Part shown: piece by piece, positions 29,250 through 39,107 of the stretch
How positions within the stretch are numbered: the stretch's first letter is position 1
How the letters are laid out: each line of letters opens with the position of its first letter
From: a bacterium
GTDB taxonomy: Bacteria; Zhuqueibacterota; Zhuqueibacteria; Residuimicrobiales; Krinioviventaceae
Direction of reading: 5' to 3'
Assembly: GCA_963675755.2 (NCBI GenBank)
Contig: CAXXMD010000001.1
Coordinates: 127,209-191,208, forward strand
DNA: 64,000 nucleotides
Position numbers and translations under genes: made by a program
The notes under the pieces: generated by a model
Seen by the model: only the letters and a program-made list of their open reading frames with translations
Database searches by the model: none
Told to the model about the DNA's origin: nothing

Positions 29250-30278
29250 TTGGACTATAAAGAACGACCAACATACCCCGAGCCGTTAACCGGTGAAGGA
29301 GATATTGATTTAACTCTGCGACCTTTGTCATTACAGGATTTTGTAGGTCAAAGCAAATTAAAATCCAATTTAGAGGTCTTTATCAAGGCTGCAAATGCAC
29401 GCAGTGAACCTCTTGATCATGTGTTGTTTCATGGTCCTCCCGGATTGGGAAAAACTACACTTGCCAATATTATTGCGAACGAGTTGGGAAGTAAGGTCAA
29501 GGTCACTTCTGGGCCAGCTTTGGAGAGACCTGCCGATTTGGCGGGTATTTTGACCAACCTGAAAGAACGTGATGTTTTATTTATAGATGAAATTCACCGT
29601 TTAAATCGTGTAATTGAAGAGTATTTGTATCCAGCTATGGAAGATTTTTCCCTGGATATTATTATAGATAAAGGAGCCAATGCCCGAACAGTTCAGCTAA
29701 AGCTGCCCAGATTTACATTAATAGGGGCAACAACGCGGGCGGGGCTTATAACGTCACCACTCCGGGCAAGGTTTGGTGTTTCGTTTAGACTTGATTTTTA
29801 TCAACCGCTTGATTTGAGTAAAATTGTAAAGCGTTCTGCAAAGATTTTTGAAATGTCTGTTGATGAAGATGCGGCATTAGAAATAGCTGGCCGCTCACGC
29901 GGCACTCCGCGAATTGCTAACCGGTTACTTCGTCGTATAAGAGATTTTGCTCAAATTGAAGGTAAAAATGTTATAGATTTGGAAATTACAAAAGAGGCTT
30001 TGTTGCGTCTAGATGTAGATGAAAAAGGCCTTGACGACATGGATAAGCGTATTATTCTTTCTGTCATTGATAAATTTAATGGCGGTCCGGTTGGACTCAG
30101 TACACTTGCTGTTGCAATAGGTGAGGAAAGTGATACCATAGAAGGTGTATATGAGCCCTATTTAATTCAGAAAGGATTTTTAAATCGAACCCCACGTGGC
30201 AGAACCGCAACAGATATCGCTTATCAACATTTTAATCGAAAGCGCCGGGAGAGCGGTCAACCGGGATTTTTTGATTAA
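29250..30278 (+). CDS. ruvB: Holliday junction ATP-dependent DNA helicase RuvB
   Basis: Walker [10 protein letters not shown], Walker [10 protein letters not shown], sensor GATTRAG. TTG start. Confidence 0.96.
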   Translation: MDYKERPTYPEPLTGEGDIDLTLRPLSLQDFVGQSKLKSNLEVFIKAANARSEPLDHVLFHGPPGLGKTTLANIIANELGSKVKVTSGPALERPADLAGILTNLKERDVLFIDEIHRLNRVIEEYLYPAMEDFSLDIIIDKGANARTVQLKLPRFTLIGATTRAGLITSPLRARFGVSFRLDFYQPLDLSKIVKRSAKIFEMSVDEDAALEIAGRSRGTPRIANRLLRRIRDFAQIEGKNVIDLEITKEALLRLDVDEKGLDDMDKRIILSVIDKFNGGPVGLSTLAVAIGEESDTIEGVYEPYLIQKGFLNRTPRGRTATDIAYQHFNRKRRESGQPGFFD

Positions 30279-30320
30279 ACAAATGAATTAATTATTAATG
30301 TATATGGAGGTGGCCACATA

Positions 30321-31349
30321 ATGAAGCTATCCGATTTTAAATACAACCTGCCTGAAAAGCTGATTGCGCAGTACCCGGAAGAAAAACGTGACAAAAGTCG
30401 TATGATGGTTGTTGATCGTGAACAAGAATCCTTTGAGGAACATGTATTTAAAGACATTGTCAGTTATATGGAAGAAGGCGATTGTCTTGTATTGAACGAA
30501 ACCAAGGTGTTCCCGGCAAGGTTAGAGGGTACAAAAGACAAAACCGATGCCCGGGTAGAAGTTTTTTTGCTGCGTGAGCTGGAGCAAGGTCTTTGGGAAG
30601 TATTGGTTAAGCCGGCCAGAAAGGTACGTGTTGGAAATCGGTTAAGCATTGGTAAAGAACTGTCTTGTGATGTTATTGATAATACTGTGTCAGGTGGACG
30701 AGTTGTTCGTTTTAATTTTGACGGAGACCTTTACAAAGTAGTTGACCAGATTGGTAAATCACCTTTACCTCCATACATCAAGCGTGAACCTGAACCCATG
30801 GATAAAGACCGCTATCAAACTGTTTATGCACGTGTACGCGGAGCTGTTGCTGCTCCCACCGCTGGTTTACATTTTACCAAAGAGCTGCTAAACAAAATTG
30901 AGAAAAAGGGTGTTAAAATTGTACCCCTGGTATTGCATTTAGGTTTAGGAAGTTTTAGACCTGTTGTGGTTGAAGATCTGGGTCGTCACAAGATGGATTC
31001 AGAGTTTTATGAAATCACCCAGGAAGCAGCTGAAATGATTAATGAGACCAAAGAGAACAAGAAAAAAGTTATTGCAGTTGGCACTAGTGTTGTAAGGGCT
31101 TTGGAAACCAGTGTGACATCTGAAGGTTGGGCAAAGGCGAGTAGTGGATGGACCGACAAGTTTATTTATCCTCCTTATGATTTTAAAATTGTTGACCGGC
31201 TTGTTACCAATTTCCATTTACCAAACTCTACTTTGTTGATGCTGGTTTCTGCGTTTGGTGGAAGAGATTTGGTTTTTAAAGCATACCGAAAAGCAATTCG
31301 GGAAAAATTTCGCTTTTATAGCTATGGCGATGCAATGCTGGTCAAATAA
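30321..31349 (+). CDS. queA: S-adenosylmethionine:tRNA ribosyltransferase-isomerase QueA
   Basis: MKLSDFKYNLPEKLIAQYP.., ..AAPTAGLHFT.., ..FRFYSYGDAMLV. Confidence 0.95.
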   Translation: MKLSDFKYNLPEKLIAQYPEEKRDKSRMMVVDREQESFEEHVFKDIVSYMEEGDCLVLNETKVFPARLEGTKDKTDARVEVFLLRELEQGLWEVLVKPARKVRVGNRLSIGKELSCDVIDNTVSGGRVVRFNFDGDLYKVVDQIGKSPLPPYIKREPEPMDKDRYQTVYARVRGAVAAPTAGLHFTKELLNKIEKKGVKIVPLVLHLGLGSFRPVVVEDLGRHKMDSEFYEITQEAAEMINETKENKKKVIAVGTSVVRALETSVTSEGWAKASSGWTDKFIYPPYDFKIVDRLVTNFHLPNSTLLMLVSAFGGRDLVFKAYRKAIREKFRFYSYGDAMLVK

Positions 31350-31364
31350 TAAAGGTGTGATTCA

Positions 31365-32045
31365 TTGTCCAAGATTGCTGCGATTATAGCTGCTGCTGGA
31401 TCAGGTACGCGAATTGGTGGCCCTGTTAAGAAACAATTTATTTCAATCCATGGAAAACCTCTGCTTCAATATACGCTGGAGGTTTTTCAGCGTTGTACAG
31501 TGATTAATGAGATTGTTGTTGTAGGTCCGACTGAAGGATTTGAAGAATTAAAAGATACAATACAATCTCAATGGAATATATCGAAATTGCGATCAGTTGT
31601 GGTTGGAGGCAATGAACGTTATGTTTCCGTATTGAATGGATTGAACGCAGTCAGTAGTGATGCTGAATGGGTTGCTATTCATGATGGTGTTCGTCCTTTT
31701 GTGAGTGTTGAAAAGATAATCCAAGTCGTTGAGGCTGCTAAATTGAATGGCGCTGCGATTCTTGCAGTTAAGCCAAAAGATACAATAAAAGTGAATCGGG
31801 ATGGTTTTGTAAAAGAGACGTTGGATCGTGATTCATTGGCTTTGGTGCAAACTCCTCAAGTCTTTAGTATTGAGTTGCTGAAAAGGGCCTATGATAAAGC
31901 TATTGCAGAAAATTCATTTGGTACCGATGACGCATATTTGGTTGAACGAATTGGCAACAAGGTTGCCGTTGTTGAAGGTGAGTATTCGAATATAAAGATC
32001 ACTTCTCCGGAAGATCTATTGATAGCAGAAAAATTTATAGGTTAA
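31365..32045 (+). CDS. ispD: 2-C-methyl-D-erythritol 4-phosphate cytidylyltransferase IspD
   Basis: [11 protein letters not shown] nucleotide-binding motif, [20 protein letters not shown] start. Confidence 0.9.
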   Translation: MSKIAAIIAAAGSGTRIGGPVKKQFISIHGKPLLQYTLEVFQRCTVINEIVVVGPTEGFEELKDTIQSQWNISKLRSVVVGGNERYVSVLNGLNAVSSDAEWVAIHDGVRPFVSVEKIIQVVEAAKLNGAAILAVKPKDTIKVNRDGFVKETLDRDSLALVQTPQVFSIELLKRAYDKAIAENSFGTDDAYLVERIGNKVAVVEGEYSNIKITSPEDLLIAEKFIG

Positions 32046-32046
32046 T

Positions 32047-32517
32047 ATGCGTATTGGGCATGGATTTGATGTACATCGGTTAGTACCCGATCGGGATCTG
32101 ATTCTGGGAGGTGTTAATATACCTTTCGAGTTGGGTCTTTTGGGACATTCTGACGCAGATGTGTTATGCCATGCTATTAGTGATGCGTTATTAGGTGCTG
32201 TCGCATTAGGCGATATTGGAAAGCATTTTCCTGATACAGATCCCGAATACAAGGGAGCTTCCAGTATATTCTTGTTGGAGCGTGTTGTGGCCCTGTTGGA
32301 AAAAAGAGGATATACGATAGGAAATGTAGATGCAACTGTTGTTGCTCAGCGTCCCAAATTGGCACCATTCATACATCATATGCGAGAGAATCTTGCAAAT
32401 AGCTTGAAAGTTGATATAGATTATGTTTCCGTCAAGGCCACTACAACAGAAGGTTTGGGATTTACGGGAACCGGAGAAGGAATAGCTGTTCATGCTGTGG
32501 TTTTGATCAATGAATAG
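32047..32517 (+). CDS. ispF: 2-C-methyl-D-erythritol 2,4-cyclodiphosphate synthase IspF
   Basis: [12 protein letters not shown].., [23 protein letters not shown]. Confidence 0.95.
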   Translation: MRIGHGFDVHRLVPDRDLILGGVNIPFELGLLGHSDADVLCHAISDALLGAVALGDIGKHFPDTDPEYKGASSIFLLERVVALLEKRGYTIGNVDATVVAQRPKLAPFIHHMRENLANSLKVDIDYVSVKATTTEGLGFTGTGEGIAVHAVVLINE

Positions 32518-32531
32518 GTAAAGGTAAATTT

Positions 32532-33968
32532 ATGGGATTATATATTTATAATAGTCTGAGTCGTCAAAAAGAAGAATTTGTCCCAATTCAAGAGGGGCGT
32601 GTATCGATGTACGTTTGCGGCCCGACAGTGTATGATTATCCACACATTGGCCATGCAAAAAGTTATGTATCTTTTGATATTGTTGTGCGCTATTTGCGTT
32701 ACCTTGGTTATAATGTACGCTATGTTCAAAATATAACGGACGTGGGGCATCTTTTGGATTCAGGTGAAGACCGGATCTTGAAACGTGCAGAACGTGAAAA
32801 AGTTGAACCCATGGAACTTGTTGAAAAATATACACATGCCTATTTTCAGGCAATGGATGCTTTGAACGTTCTAAGGCCAGATATTTCGCCGCACGCTGCC
32901 GCTCATATACCTGAGCAAATAGAGTTTGTCGAAAAGCTTTTGGAAAAAGGATATGCTTACGAGTCTCAGGGCTCTGTATATTTTGATGTTGAAAAATGGC
33001 CTAATTACGGAAAGCTTTCGGGACGAAAAGTAGAAGATCAACAAGCGGGTGCCAGAGTAGATGTTTTGGATGAAAAGCGAAATCCCGCAGATTTTGCGAT
33101 CTGGAAAAAGGCAGAACCTGAACATATAATGCAGTGGAACAGTCCCTGGAGTAGAGGGTATCCGGGTTGGCATTTGGAATGTTCAGCAATGTCTATGAAA
33201 TATCTGGGTGAAAGTTTAGATATTCATGGAGGAGGTATGGAAAATCAATTTCCTCATCATGAATGTGAGATAGCACAGAGTGAAGCTTTGACCGGAAAGT
33301 CATTTGTTAAATATTGGATGCATAACAATATGGTTATGGTTGATGGTGTGAAAATGAGTAAATCGCTGGGCAATTTCACTACTGTATCTGATGCTTTGAG
33401 CAAGTTTTCGGGACAACAAATCCGATTCTTTGTAATGCAATCTCATTATAGGAGTCCCGTTGATTTTAGTGATATGGCGATAACTGCTGCCGGCCAGGGG
33501 CTTGAAAGGTTGGTCCAAACGGTTAACAATCTTACGGATTATATGGATCGGGTTGTTGACGGCGATGCAAGTGGCGAAATTATAGAAATTGCTGCTGAAT
33601 ATCGTAAGCGATTTGAAGCAGATATGAATGATGATTTTAATACACCCAATGCCATTGGTACCTTGTTTGATTTCAGCAAAGAAATAAACAAGCGAGTGCA
33701 GGAGGGAACCCAGGAGACAAAGCAGAGTTTAATGGTACTCAACGAAACATTTACGGATTTGGCTGAAAATGTTTTAGGTTTATCGTTTGAAAAACAGGAA
33801 TCGGCTGTTGAAGCAGCGCCATTTATAGATTTATTGCTTGAGATTAGAAGAGAATTGCGCGAAAAAAAAGAATGGCAATTGTCTGACCTGATTCGTGACG
33901 AGATGCAAAATAGAGGTGTTTTGATTAAGGATGGTAAAGAAAACACATCCTGGAGCGTAAAAAAGTAA
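32532..33968 (+). CDS. cysS: cysteine--tRNA ligase
   Basis: CGPTVYDYPHIGHAKSY (HIGH), KMSKSLGN, GWHLECS zinc site. Confidence 0.96.
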   Translation: MGLYIYNSLSRQKEEFVPIQEGRVSMYVCGPTVYDYPHIGHAKSYVSFDIVVRYLRYLGYNVRYVQNITDVGHLLDSGEDRILKRAEREKVEPMELVEKYTHAYFQAMDALNVLRPDISPHAAAHIPEQIEFVEKLLEKGYAYESQGSVYFDVEKWPNYGKLSGRKVEDQQAGARVDVLDEKRNPADFAIWKKAEPEHIMQWNSPWSRGYPGWHLECSAMSMKYLGESLDIHGGGMENQFPHHECEIAQSEALTGKSFVKYWMHNNMVMVDGVKMSKSLGNFTTVSDALSKFSGQQIRFFVMQSHYRSPVDFSDMAITAAGQGLERLVQTVNNLTDYMDRVVDGDASGEIIEIAAEYRKRFEADMNDDFNTPNAIGTLFDFSKEINKRVQEGTQETKQSLMVLNETFTDLAENVLGLSFEKQESAVEAAPFIDLLLEIRRELREKKEWQLSDLIRDEMQNRGVLIKDGKENTSWSVKK

Positions 33969-33996
33969 AAAAAACTCATAAAATTAAAAAAAGTAC

Positions 33997-34024
33997 TTGA
34001 TTTTTCAATAAAATGTTCTAAATT
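33997..34024 (+). promoter_or_regulatory. sigma70-type promoter of the tRNA-tuf operon (TTGATT-16-TAAATT)
   Basis: AGTACTTGATTTTTCAATAAAATGTTCTAAATT. The -10 ends 30 nt before tRNA-Thr. Shares the ACTTGATTTT motif. Confidence 0.5.
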
Positions 34025-34054
34025 AAAAGGCTTGTTAGTTCACGACATTTTGCC

Positions 34055-34127
34055 GCCACCATAGCTCAGCAGGTAGAGCGCCTCACTTGTAATGAGGATG
34101 TCGCGGGTTCGATTCCTGCTGGTGGCT
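34055..34127 (+). tRNA. tRNA-Thr (anticodon UGU)
   Basis: Hand-folded cloverleaf: acceptor GCCACCA/TGGTGGC, anticodon arm CCTCA-CTTGTAA-TGAGG, T-arm GCGGG-TTCGATT-CCTGC. 73 nt, no encoded CCA. Confidence 0.95.
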
Positions 34128-34143
34128 CTCAAGTAATGTGAAC

Positions 34144-34225
34144 GGGGAGGTTCCCGAGCGGTCAAAGGGAACAGACTGTAAATCTGTCGGCGGCGCCTTC
34201 GGAGGTTCGAATCCTCCCCTCCCCA
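34144..34225 (+). tRNA. tRNA-Tyr (anticodon GUA), long variable arm
   Basis: Acceptor GGGGAGG/CCTCCCC, anticodon arm ACAGA-CTGTAAA-TCTGT, long variable arm, T-arm GGAGG-TTCGAAT-CCTCC. Confidence 0.95.
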
Positions 34226-34231
34226 CAAAAT

Positions 34232-34282
34232 GATCGGACTCGGAATCTCTACAATCAATTGATGCTGAGCCGATCTTTTTTT
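34232..34282 (+). terminator. terminator-like hairpin plus T7 tract in the tRNA-Tyr/tRNA-Gly spacer
   Basis: GATCGG(A)CTC (34232-34241) pairs with GAGCCGATC (34267-34275) and is followed by TTTTTTT (34276-34282). Large 25-nt loop. Confidence 0.4.
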
Positions 34283-34319
34283 GTAACAGCAGACAGTAGA
34301 GAAGAGAGAACGTTTTTTG

Positions 34320-34393
34320 GCGGGAGTAACTCAGTTGGCTAGAGTCACAGCCTTCCAAGCTGTTGGTCGCGGGTTCGAGTCCCGTCTCCCGCT
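34320..34393 (+). tRNA. tRNA-Gly (anticodon UCC)
   Basis: Acceptor GCGGGAG/CTCCCGC, anticodon arm ACAGC-CTTCCAA-GCTGT, T-arm GCGGG-TTCGAGT-CCCGT. Confidence 0.95.
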
Positions 34394-34403
34394 CGCAAGA
34401 GTT

Positions 34404-34476
34404 GCCCACGTAGCTCAGTCGGTAGAGCACATCCTTGGTAAGGATGAGGTCACCAGTTCAATCCTGGTCGTGGGCT
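34404..34476 (+). tRNA. tRNA-Thr (anticodon GGU)
   Basis: Acceptor GCCCACG/CGTGGGC, anticodon arm CATCC-TTGGTAA-GGATG, T-arm ACCAG-TTCAATC-CTGGT. Confidence 0.95.
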
Positions 34477-34536
34477 CTGCAGTAGGAAACGTTACAAGAA
34501 ATTGGATTGAATTAATTTAGCTCAAAGGAGCAATTT

Positions 34537-35727
34537 ATGGCAAAGGAAAAGTTTGAGCGAACAAAGCCTCATGTGAATATTGGTACAATTGGTCACGTAG
34601 ATCATGGAAAGACCACTTTGACGGCAGCGATTACTCAGACATTGAGCCGTCAGGGACTGGCCCAGGCTAGATCCTATGATGAAATTGACAATGCGCCGGA
34701 AGAAAAGGCACGTGGTTTAACGATTAATGTGCATCATGCTGAATATGAGAGTAAAAATCGTCATTATGCCCACGTAGACTGTCCGGGTCACGCTGACTAT
34801 GTAAAGAATATGGTAACCGGTGCAGCGCAGATGGATGGAGCAATACTGGTAGTTAGCGCGGCAGACGGCCCCATGCCTCAGACTCGTGAGCACGTATTGC
34901 TTGCCCGTCAGGTAAACGTACCTTATTTGGTAGTATTTTTGAACAAGGCAGATCAGGTAGATGATCCTGAGTTGCTTGAGCTTGTAGAGCTTGAAGTACG
35001 TGAATTGTTGAGCCAGTACGAATTCCCAGGCGATGATATTCCAGTAATAACTGGTAGTGCATTGCAGGCTCTTGAGAATCCGGAAGATGATGCAAAGATT
35101 CAACCGATTCTTGACTTGATGGATGCAGTTGATACTTATATTCCAGAACCGGAACGTGATATTGACAAACCCTTCCTGATGCCGGTAGAAGATGTATTCT
35201 CAATTACTGGTCGTGGAACTGTAGCAACCGGTCGTATTGAACGCGGTATTGTTAAAGTACAGGAAGAAGTAGAGATCATTGGTCTTGGTTTGAAGAAAAA
35301 GACAGTATGTACCGGCGTTGAAATGTTCCGTAAGCTTTTGGATCAGGGTGAAGCTGGTGATAATGCAGGTCTGTTGCTTCGTGGTGTTGATAAAGAAGAG
35401 ATCGTTCGCGGTATGGTAATCGCGAAACCAGGCTCAATTACACCTCACAGAAAATTTCAGGGCGAGGTTTACGTACTGAGTAAAGAAGAGGGTGGACGTC
35501 ACACACCATTCTTTAATGGATACCGTCCCCAGTTCTATTTCCGTACCACTGATGTAACTGGTGCAGTAGAACTTCCTGAAGGAACTGAAATGGTAATGCC
35601 CGGCGATAATGTAACTATTACAGGTGAATTGATCACCGATATCGCTATGGAAGAAGGATTGCGTTTTGCTATCCGTGAAGGTGGCCGCACAGTAGGTGCA
35701 GGTGTTGTAACTAAAATTATTGAATAG
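34537..35727 (+). CDS. tuf: elongation factor Tu, copy 1 (tufB-like position after the tRNA cluster)
   Basis: [21 protein letters not shown]. 396 aa, identical in the ORF track to the protein at 50562-51752. Confidence 0.98.
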   Translation: MAKEKFERTKPHVNIGTIGHVDHGKTTLTAAITQTLSRQGLAQARSYDEIDNAPEEKARGLTINVHHAEYESKNRHYAHVDCPGHADYVKNMVTGAAQMDGAILVVSAADGPMPQTREHVLLARQVNVPYLVVFLNKADQVDDPELLELVELEVRELLSQYEFPGDDIPVITGSALQALENPEDDAKIQPILDLMDAVDTYIPEPERDIDKPFLMPVEDVFSITGRGTVATGRIERGIVKVQEEVEIIGLGLKKKTVCTGVEMFRKLLDQGEAGDNAGLLLRGVDKEEIVRGMVIAKPGSITPHRKFQGEVYVLSKEEGGRHTPFFNGYRPQFYFRTTDVTGAVELPEGTEMVMPGDNVTITGELITDIAMEEGLRFAIREGGRTVGAGVVTKIIE

Positions 35728-35754
35728 TAACATAAATCTTGTGGATCAATAATA

Positions 35755-35904
35755 ATGAGAGATTTAGTCATATTAGAGTGCACCGAGTGTAAGCAACGCA
35801 ATTACACTACTGATAAAAACAAACGGCTTCATACTGGAAGAATTGAACATAAAAAGTATTGCCGTTGGTGTAACAAGCGAACTGTACATAAAGAAACACG
35901 ATAG
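35755..35904 (+). CDS. rpmG: 50S ribosomal protein L33 (Cys4 form); absent from the ORF track because it is under 60 aa
   Basis: My translation is [49 protein letters not shown], the classic L33. Canonical slot between tuf and tRNA-Trp/secE. Confidence 0.9.
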   Translation: MRDLVILECTECKQRNYTTDKNKRLHTGRIEHKKYCRWCNKRTVHKETR

Positions 35905-35913
35905 CTTTGGCTT

Positions 35914-35987
35914 AGGCCTGTAGCACAATTGGCTAGTGCACCGGTCTCCAAAACCGGGGGTTGGGGGTTCGAATCCCTCCAGGCCTG
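35914..35987 (+). tRNA. tRNA-Trp (anticodon CCA)
   Basis: Acceptor AGGCCTG/CAGGCCT, anticodon arm CCGGT-CTCCAAA-ACCGG, T-loop TTCGAAT. Confidence 0.95.
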
Positions 35988-36034
35988 CTAAGTAAAGTTT
36001 GCTGTTTTATACTAATTAAAAAAAGAGCGGGAAT

Positions 36035-36217
36035 ATGTTTCAAAAGATTAGTAAATTTCTTAAAGATGTGAATTCAGAAATGTCCAAAGTGAGTTGGCCA
36101 TCCCGCCAGGAATTAAAAGGTTCTACAATTGTAGTGATTGTTGTAACCTTTTTCTTTGCAGCATTTATTTTTCTGATTGATCATGTTTTGTCACGGTTGA
36201 TTAATATTATTTATTAA
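36035..36217 (+). CDS. secE: preprotein translocase subunit SecE
   Basis: 60 aa with ..EMSKVSWPSRQEL.. followed by one TM helix. Upstream of nusG. Confidence 0.88.
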   Translation: MFQKISKFLKDVNSEMSKVSWPSRQELKGSTIVVIVVTFFFAAFIFLIDHVLSRLINIIY

Positions 36218-36270
36218 CCTACTGATAAGAATCAAACGGCTATAAGCAAAAAAAGGATCAGGCTAATATC

Positions 36271-36813
36271 TTGGAAGATCACGACGATTTAAAATGGTAC
36301 GCTATACATGTTTTGTCCGGACATGAAAAGAAGGTAAAATTGTACCTTGAAAATGAAATTCGGCATAACAATCTTGAAGAAAAGATAGAAAAGATCTTGA
36401 TTCCTTCAGAAGAGATTACTGAAATGAAGGATGGAAAGAAGCGTACGCGTACAAAAATTATGTTTCCTGGCTATATGCTGATTAACATGGCGTTTGATAA
36501 AAATACGCGTCACCTTGTACTAAATACGCCAGGTGTTACAAATTTCGTAGGCAAGAAAAATGAGCCTGTAGCATTGCGTCCTGATGAGGTTGACCGGATC
36601 ATTGGAAAGGTTGAAGGAACTGATAAAGATCGTTCACAAGTACCTTTTCATGTTGGAGATCCAATTAAGGTTGTTGACGGACCTTTTACTGATTTCACAG
36701 GTTTTGTTGAAGAAGTCAGTGAAGAAAAAAATAAAGTCAAAGTTATGGTTAGTATATTTGGACGTTCAACTCCTGTTGAACTTGATTTTTTACAAATTGA
36801 ACTGGAATCGTAG
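36271..36813 (+). CDS. nusG: transcription termination/antitermination factor NusG
   Basis: [18 protein letters not shown] domain and a C-terminal KOW ([18 protein letters not shown]). TTG start. Confidence 0.93.
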   Translation: MEDHDDLKWYAIHVLSGHEKKVKLYLENEIRHNNLEEKIEKILIPSEEITEMKDGKKRTRTKIMFPGYMLINMAFDKNTRHLVLNTPGVTNFVGKKNEPVALRPDEVDRIIGKVEGTDKDRSQVPFHVGDPIKVVDGPFTDFTGFVEEVSEEKNKVKVMVSIFGRSTPVELDFLQIELES

Positions 36814-36824
36814 GAAAAGTTATT

Positions 36825-37250
36825 ATGGCAAAGAAAGTAACAGGCTTGATTAAACTTCAAATTCCTGCTGGTAGCGCCAATCCGTCACCCCCTGTGGGTC
36901 CTGCTCTTGGTCAGCATGGCGTAAATATCATGGAATTTTGTAAAGCCTTTAATGCAAAAACCCAGGACCGTCAGGGATTGATTATTCCTGTTGTTATAAC
37001 TGTATATGCAGATCATTCATTTACTTTTATTACAAAGACTCCTCCAGCTGCGGTATTGTTGAAAAAGGCTGCAGGACTGGCAAAAGGTTCCGGTGTGCCA
37101 AACAAAGATAAGGTTGGCAAAGTAACTAGAGATCAGGTTAAAGAAATTGCTGAAACAAAAATGGAAGACCTGAACGCAAATGATGTTGAAATGGCTATGC
37201 GTATGATTGAAGGCACAGCCAGAAGTATGGGAATATTGGTTGAAGGATAA
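36825..37250 (+). CDS. rplK: 50S ribosomal protein L11
   Basis: [35 protein letters not shown]. Confidence 0.97.
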   Translation: MAKKVTGLIKLQIPAGSANPSPPVGPALGQHGVNIMEFCKAFNAKTQDRQGLIIPVVITVYADHSFTFITKTPPAAVLLKKAAGLAKGSGVPNKDKVGKVTRDQVKEIAETKMEDLNANDVEMAMRMIEGTARSMGILVEG

Positions 37251-37295
37251 ATAGATTGTTCTATTTGTCCAATTTGAAACCGTTTTGGAGATAAA

Positions 37296-37991
37296 ATGAA
37301 ACACAGTAAACGATTCAATGAAGCATTGTCCGGTGTCGATCGTTCTGTACTTTATCCGTTAACTGAAGCTGTAGTTAAACTTAAAAATGCACCATCAGTT
37401 AAGTTTGATGAAAGTGTTGAAATCAGTGTTCGGTTAGGTGTTGATCCTCGTAAAGCGGACCAGATGGTACGCGGCAGTGTAATGCTTCCGAGTGGAACAG
37501 GGAAAAATGTTCGCGTGCTGGTTTTGACAAAAGGTGACAAAGAAAAAGAAGCACAAGAAGCAGGCGCTGACTATGTTGGTGCAGAAGATTTGATCGAAAA
37601 GATACAGGGTGGTTGGTTCGATTTTGATGTAGTTATTGCAACACCTGATATTATGGGACAAGTTGGTAAGCTGGGCCGAGTTTTGGGACCACGTGGTTTA
37701 ATGCCCAATCCCAAAATCGGTACCGTGACATTTGAAGTTGCTAAAGCCGTTGAAGATTCAAAGGCTGGTAAGGTTGATTTTAGGGTAGACAAGTACGGCA
37801 ATGTACACTCGCTGGTTGGTAAAAAATCCTTTAGTGATTCTCAATTGCTTGAAAATATTCGAGCATTTATGGATACAATACAAAGGATGAAACCTTCTAC
37901 CGCAAAAGGCGTTTATATTAAAAATATCACCATATCCAGTACAATGGGTCCCGGTGTTAAAGTTGACAAAAGCACATTAAATGAATCATAG
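37296..37991 (+). CDS. rplA: 50S ribosomal protein L1
   Basis: Conserved L1 sequence ([23 protein letters not shown]..). rplKAJL order. Confidence 0.97.
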   Translation: MKHSKRFNEALSGVDRSVLYPLTEAVVKLKNAPSVKFDESVEISVRLGVDPRKADQMVRGSVMLPSGTGKNVRVLVLTKGDKEKEAQEAGADYVGAEDLIEKIQGGWFDFDVVIATPDIMGQVGKLGRVLGPRGLMPNPKIGTVTFEVAKAVEDSKAGKVDFRVDKYGNVHSLVGKKSFSDSQLLENIRAFMDTIQRMKPSTAKGVYIKNITISSTMGPGVKVDKSTLNES

Positions 37992-38026
37992 AACAAGTAT
38001 TTGATTCAAATAGGAAGTGAAATACA

Positions 38027-38545
38027 ATGCCACAGCCAGAAAAAATTTTAAAAGTTGAAGAGCTTAGCGAAACGCTTGGCAATGCAAAAAGCATTTTCAT
38101 GACAGATTTCTCAGGTCTTTCCGTTGAAGATATGACTAAACTAAGACGGGAATTGAGAAAAGTAGATGTCAGCTTTATTGTAGTGAAAAACAAATTGGCT
38201 AAATTGTCTGCTGAAAAAGTTGGTTTGGAAAAAATGAATGATTTTCTAACCGGACCAACTGGACTTGCAATTGCAAATGACGATCCTGTAGCACCGGTGA
38301 GAGTTATTTACAATTTTGCCAAAGACAAGAAAAAGCCAGAAATAAAAGCAGCTGTTCTTGAAGGTCAGTTTTTAGATCAAAAAGCTGCAGAAGAAGTTAG
38401 AAACATACCTACTCGTGAAGAGTTGTTGGCCAAGGTTGTTGGTGGAATTTCATCTCCACTTTACGGATTGGTTGGCGGTTTGAATTCAATGTTGAGCAAG
38501 CTTGTTTATACGCTTGACGCAATTCGAGAAAAAAAAGAAGAATAG
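38027..38545 (+). CDS. rplJ: 50S ribosomal protein L10
   Basis: 172 aa with the L10 pattern (FMTDFSGLSVEDMTKLRRELR). rplKAJL order. Confidence 0.95.
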   Translation: MPQPEKILKVEELSETLGNAKSIFMTDFSGLSVEDMTKLRRELRKVDVSFIVVKNKLAKLSAEKVGLEKMNDFLTGPTGLAIANDDPVAPVRVIYNFAKDKKKPEIKAAVLEGQFLDQKAAEEVRNIPTREELLAKVVGGISSPLYGLVGGLNSMLSKLVYTLDAIREKKEE

Positions 38546-38582
38546 AATAGTATAATAGATTTAACCCTAACGGGAGGACAAA

Positions 38583-39020
38583 ATGCCCGAAAAAGAAGAA
38601 GCCACAGTTGATCAGGAAACTACTGCTGTAGTTACAGATGAAAAAGTAGAAGAGATCATCAAAGCGATTGAAGAAATGAGCGTTCTTCAGTTGTCAAAAC
38701 TTGTTAAAGCTCTTGAAGACAAATTTGGTGTAACTGCTGCAGCTCCTGTTGCTATTGCTGCTGGTCCTGCTGCTGCTGGTCCTGCTGCTGATGCTCCTGC
38801 AGAAGAACAAACCGAATTTGATGTTGTACTGAAATCAGCAGGCTCTAATAAAATCCAGGTAATCAAAGTAGTTCGTGGAATTACAAGCCTTGGTTTAAAA
38901 GAAGCTAAAGACCTTGTTGACGGTGCACCAAGCAATGTAAAAGAACAGGTTTCCAAAGAAGAAGCAGATGATATAAAGGCCAAGTTGGAAGAAGTTGGCG
39001 CTGAAATTGAAATCAAGTAA
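38583..39020 (+). CDS. rplL: 50S ribosomal protein L7/L12 with a ~20-aa acidic N-terminal extension
   Basis: ..[29 protein letters not shown].., an Ala/Pro hinge, and a C-terminal [28 protein letters not shown] 5 nt before the ATG. Confidence 0.95.
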   Translation: MPEKEEATVDQETTAVVTDEKVEEIIKAIEEMSVLQLSKLVKALEDKFGVTAAAPVAIAAGPAAAGPAADAPAEEQTEFDVVLKSAGSNKIQVIKVVRGITSLGLKEAKDLVDGAPSNVKEQVSKEEADDIKAKLEEVGAEIEIK

Positions 39021-39042
39021 TTCTTCAAAATTGCCAAATATT

Positions 39043-39087
39043 AAAAAAAGCCGGGCTAAAGACGTACGTCCTTAGCTCGGTTTTTTT
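39043..39087 (+). terminator. intrinsic terminator/attenuator between rplL and rpoB
   Basis: A7, then a 13-position stem (39051-39063 / 39068-39080, one mismatch and one G-U), then T7. Same position as the known partial terminator of the E. coli rplJL-rpoBC operon. Confidence 0.75.
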
Positions 39088-39107
39088 AAGTATTAAAACA
39101 TATATTT

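Noticed and set aside
34040-34520. ORFs of 67-115 aa spanning the tRNA cluster on both strands
   Set aside because: The region folds into four canonical tRNAs, and the ORFs simply read through tRNA sequence.
34717-35203. Antisense ORFs of 116-159 aa inside both tuf copies (34717-35103, 34853-35203, 50742-51128, 50749-51228) that appear conserved between the two loci
   Set aside because: They are conserved only because the tuf genes are near-identical duplicates. They lie antisense to a strongly supported gene, lack RBS, and have low-complexity translations. They are shadow ORFs.
36782-36808. Fourth copy of ACTTGATTTTT, at the 3' end of nusG, as a candidate rplK promoter
   Set aside because: It lies inside coding sequence (ELDFLQ). 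The best -10 at 16-18-nt spacing is poor (TGGAAT/AATCGT). A transcript starting there would lose the rplK RBS.
38001-38028. TTGATT-16-TACAAT upstream of rplJ
   Set aside because: The -10 hexamer overlaps the rplJ ATG (38027), so transcription would start inside the gene. This is a chance match in AT-rich DNA.
38740-38810. Repetitive GCT/GCA/CCT-rich run in rplL as a possible repeat element
   Set aside because: It is the normal Ala/Pro-rich flexible hinge of L7/L12 ([22 protein letters not shown]). It is codon repetition, not a mobile or regulatory repeat.
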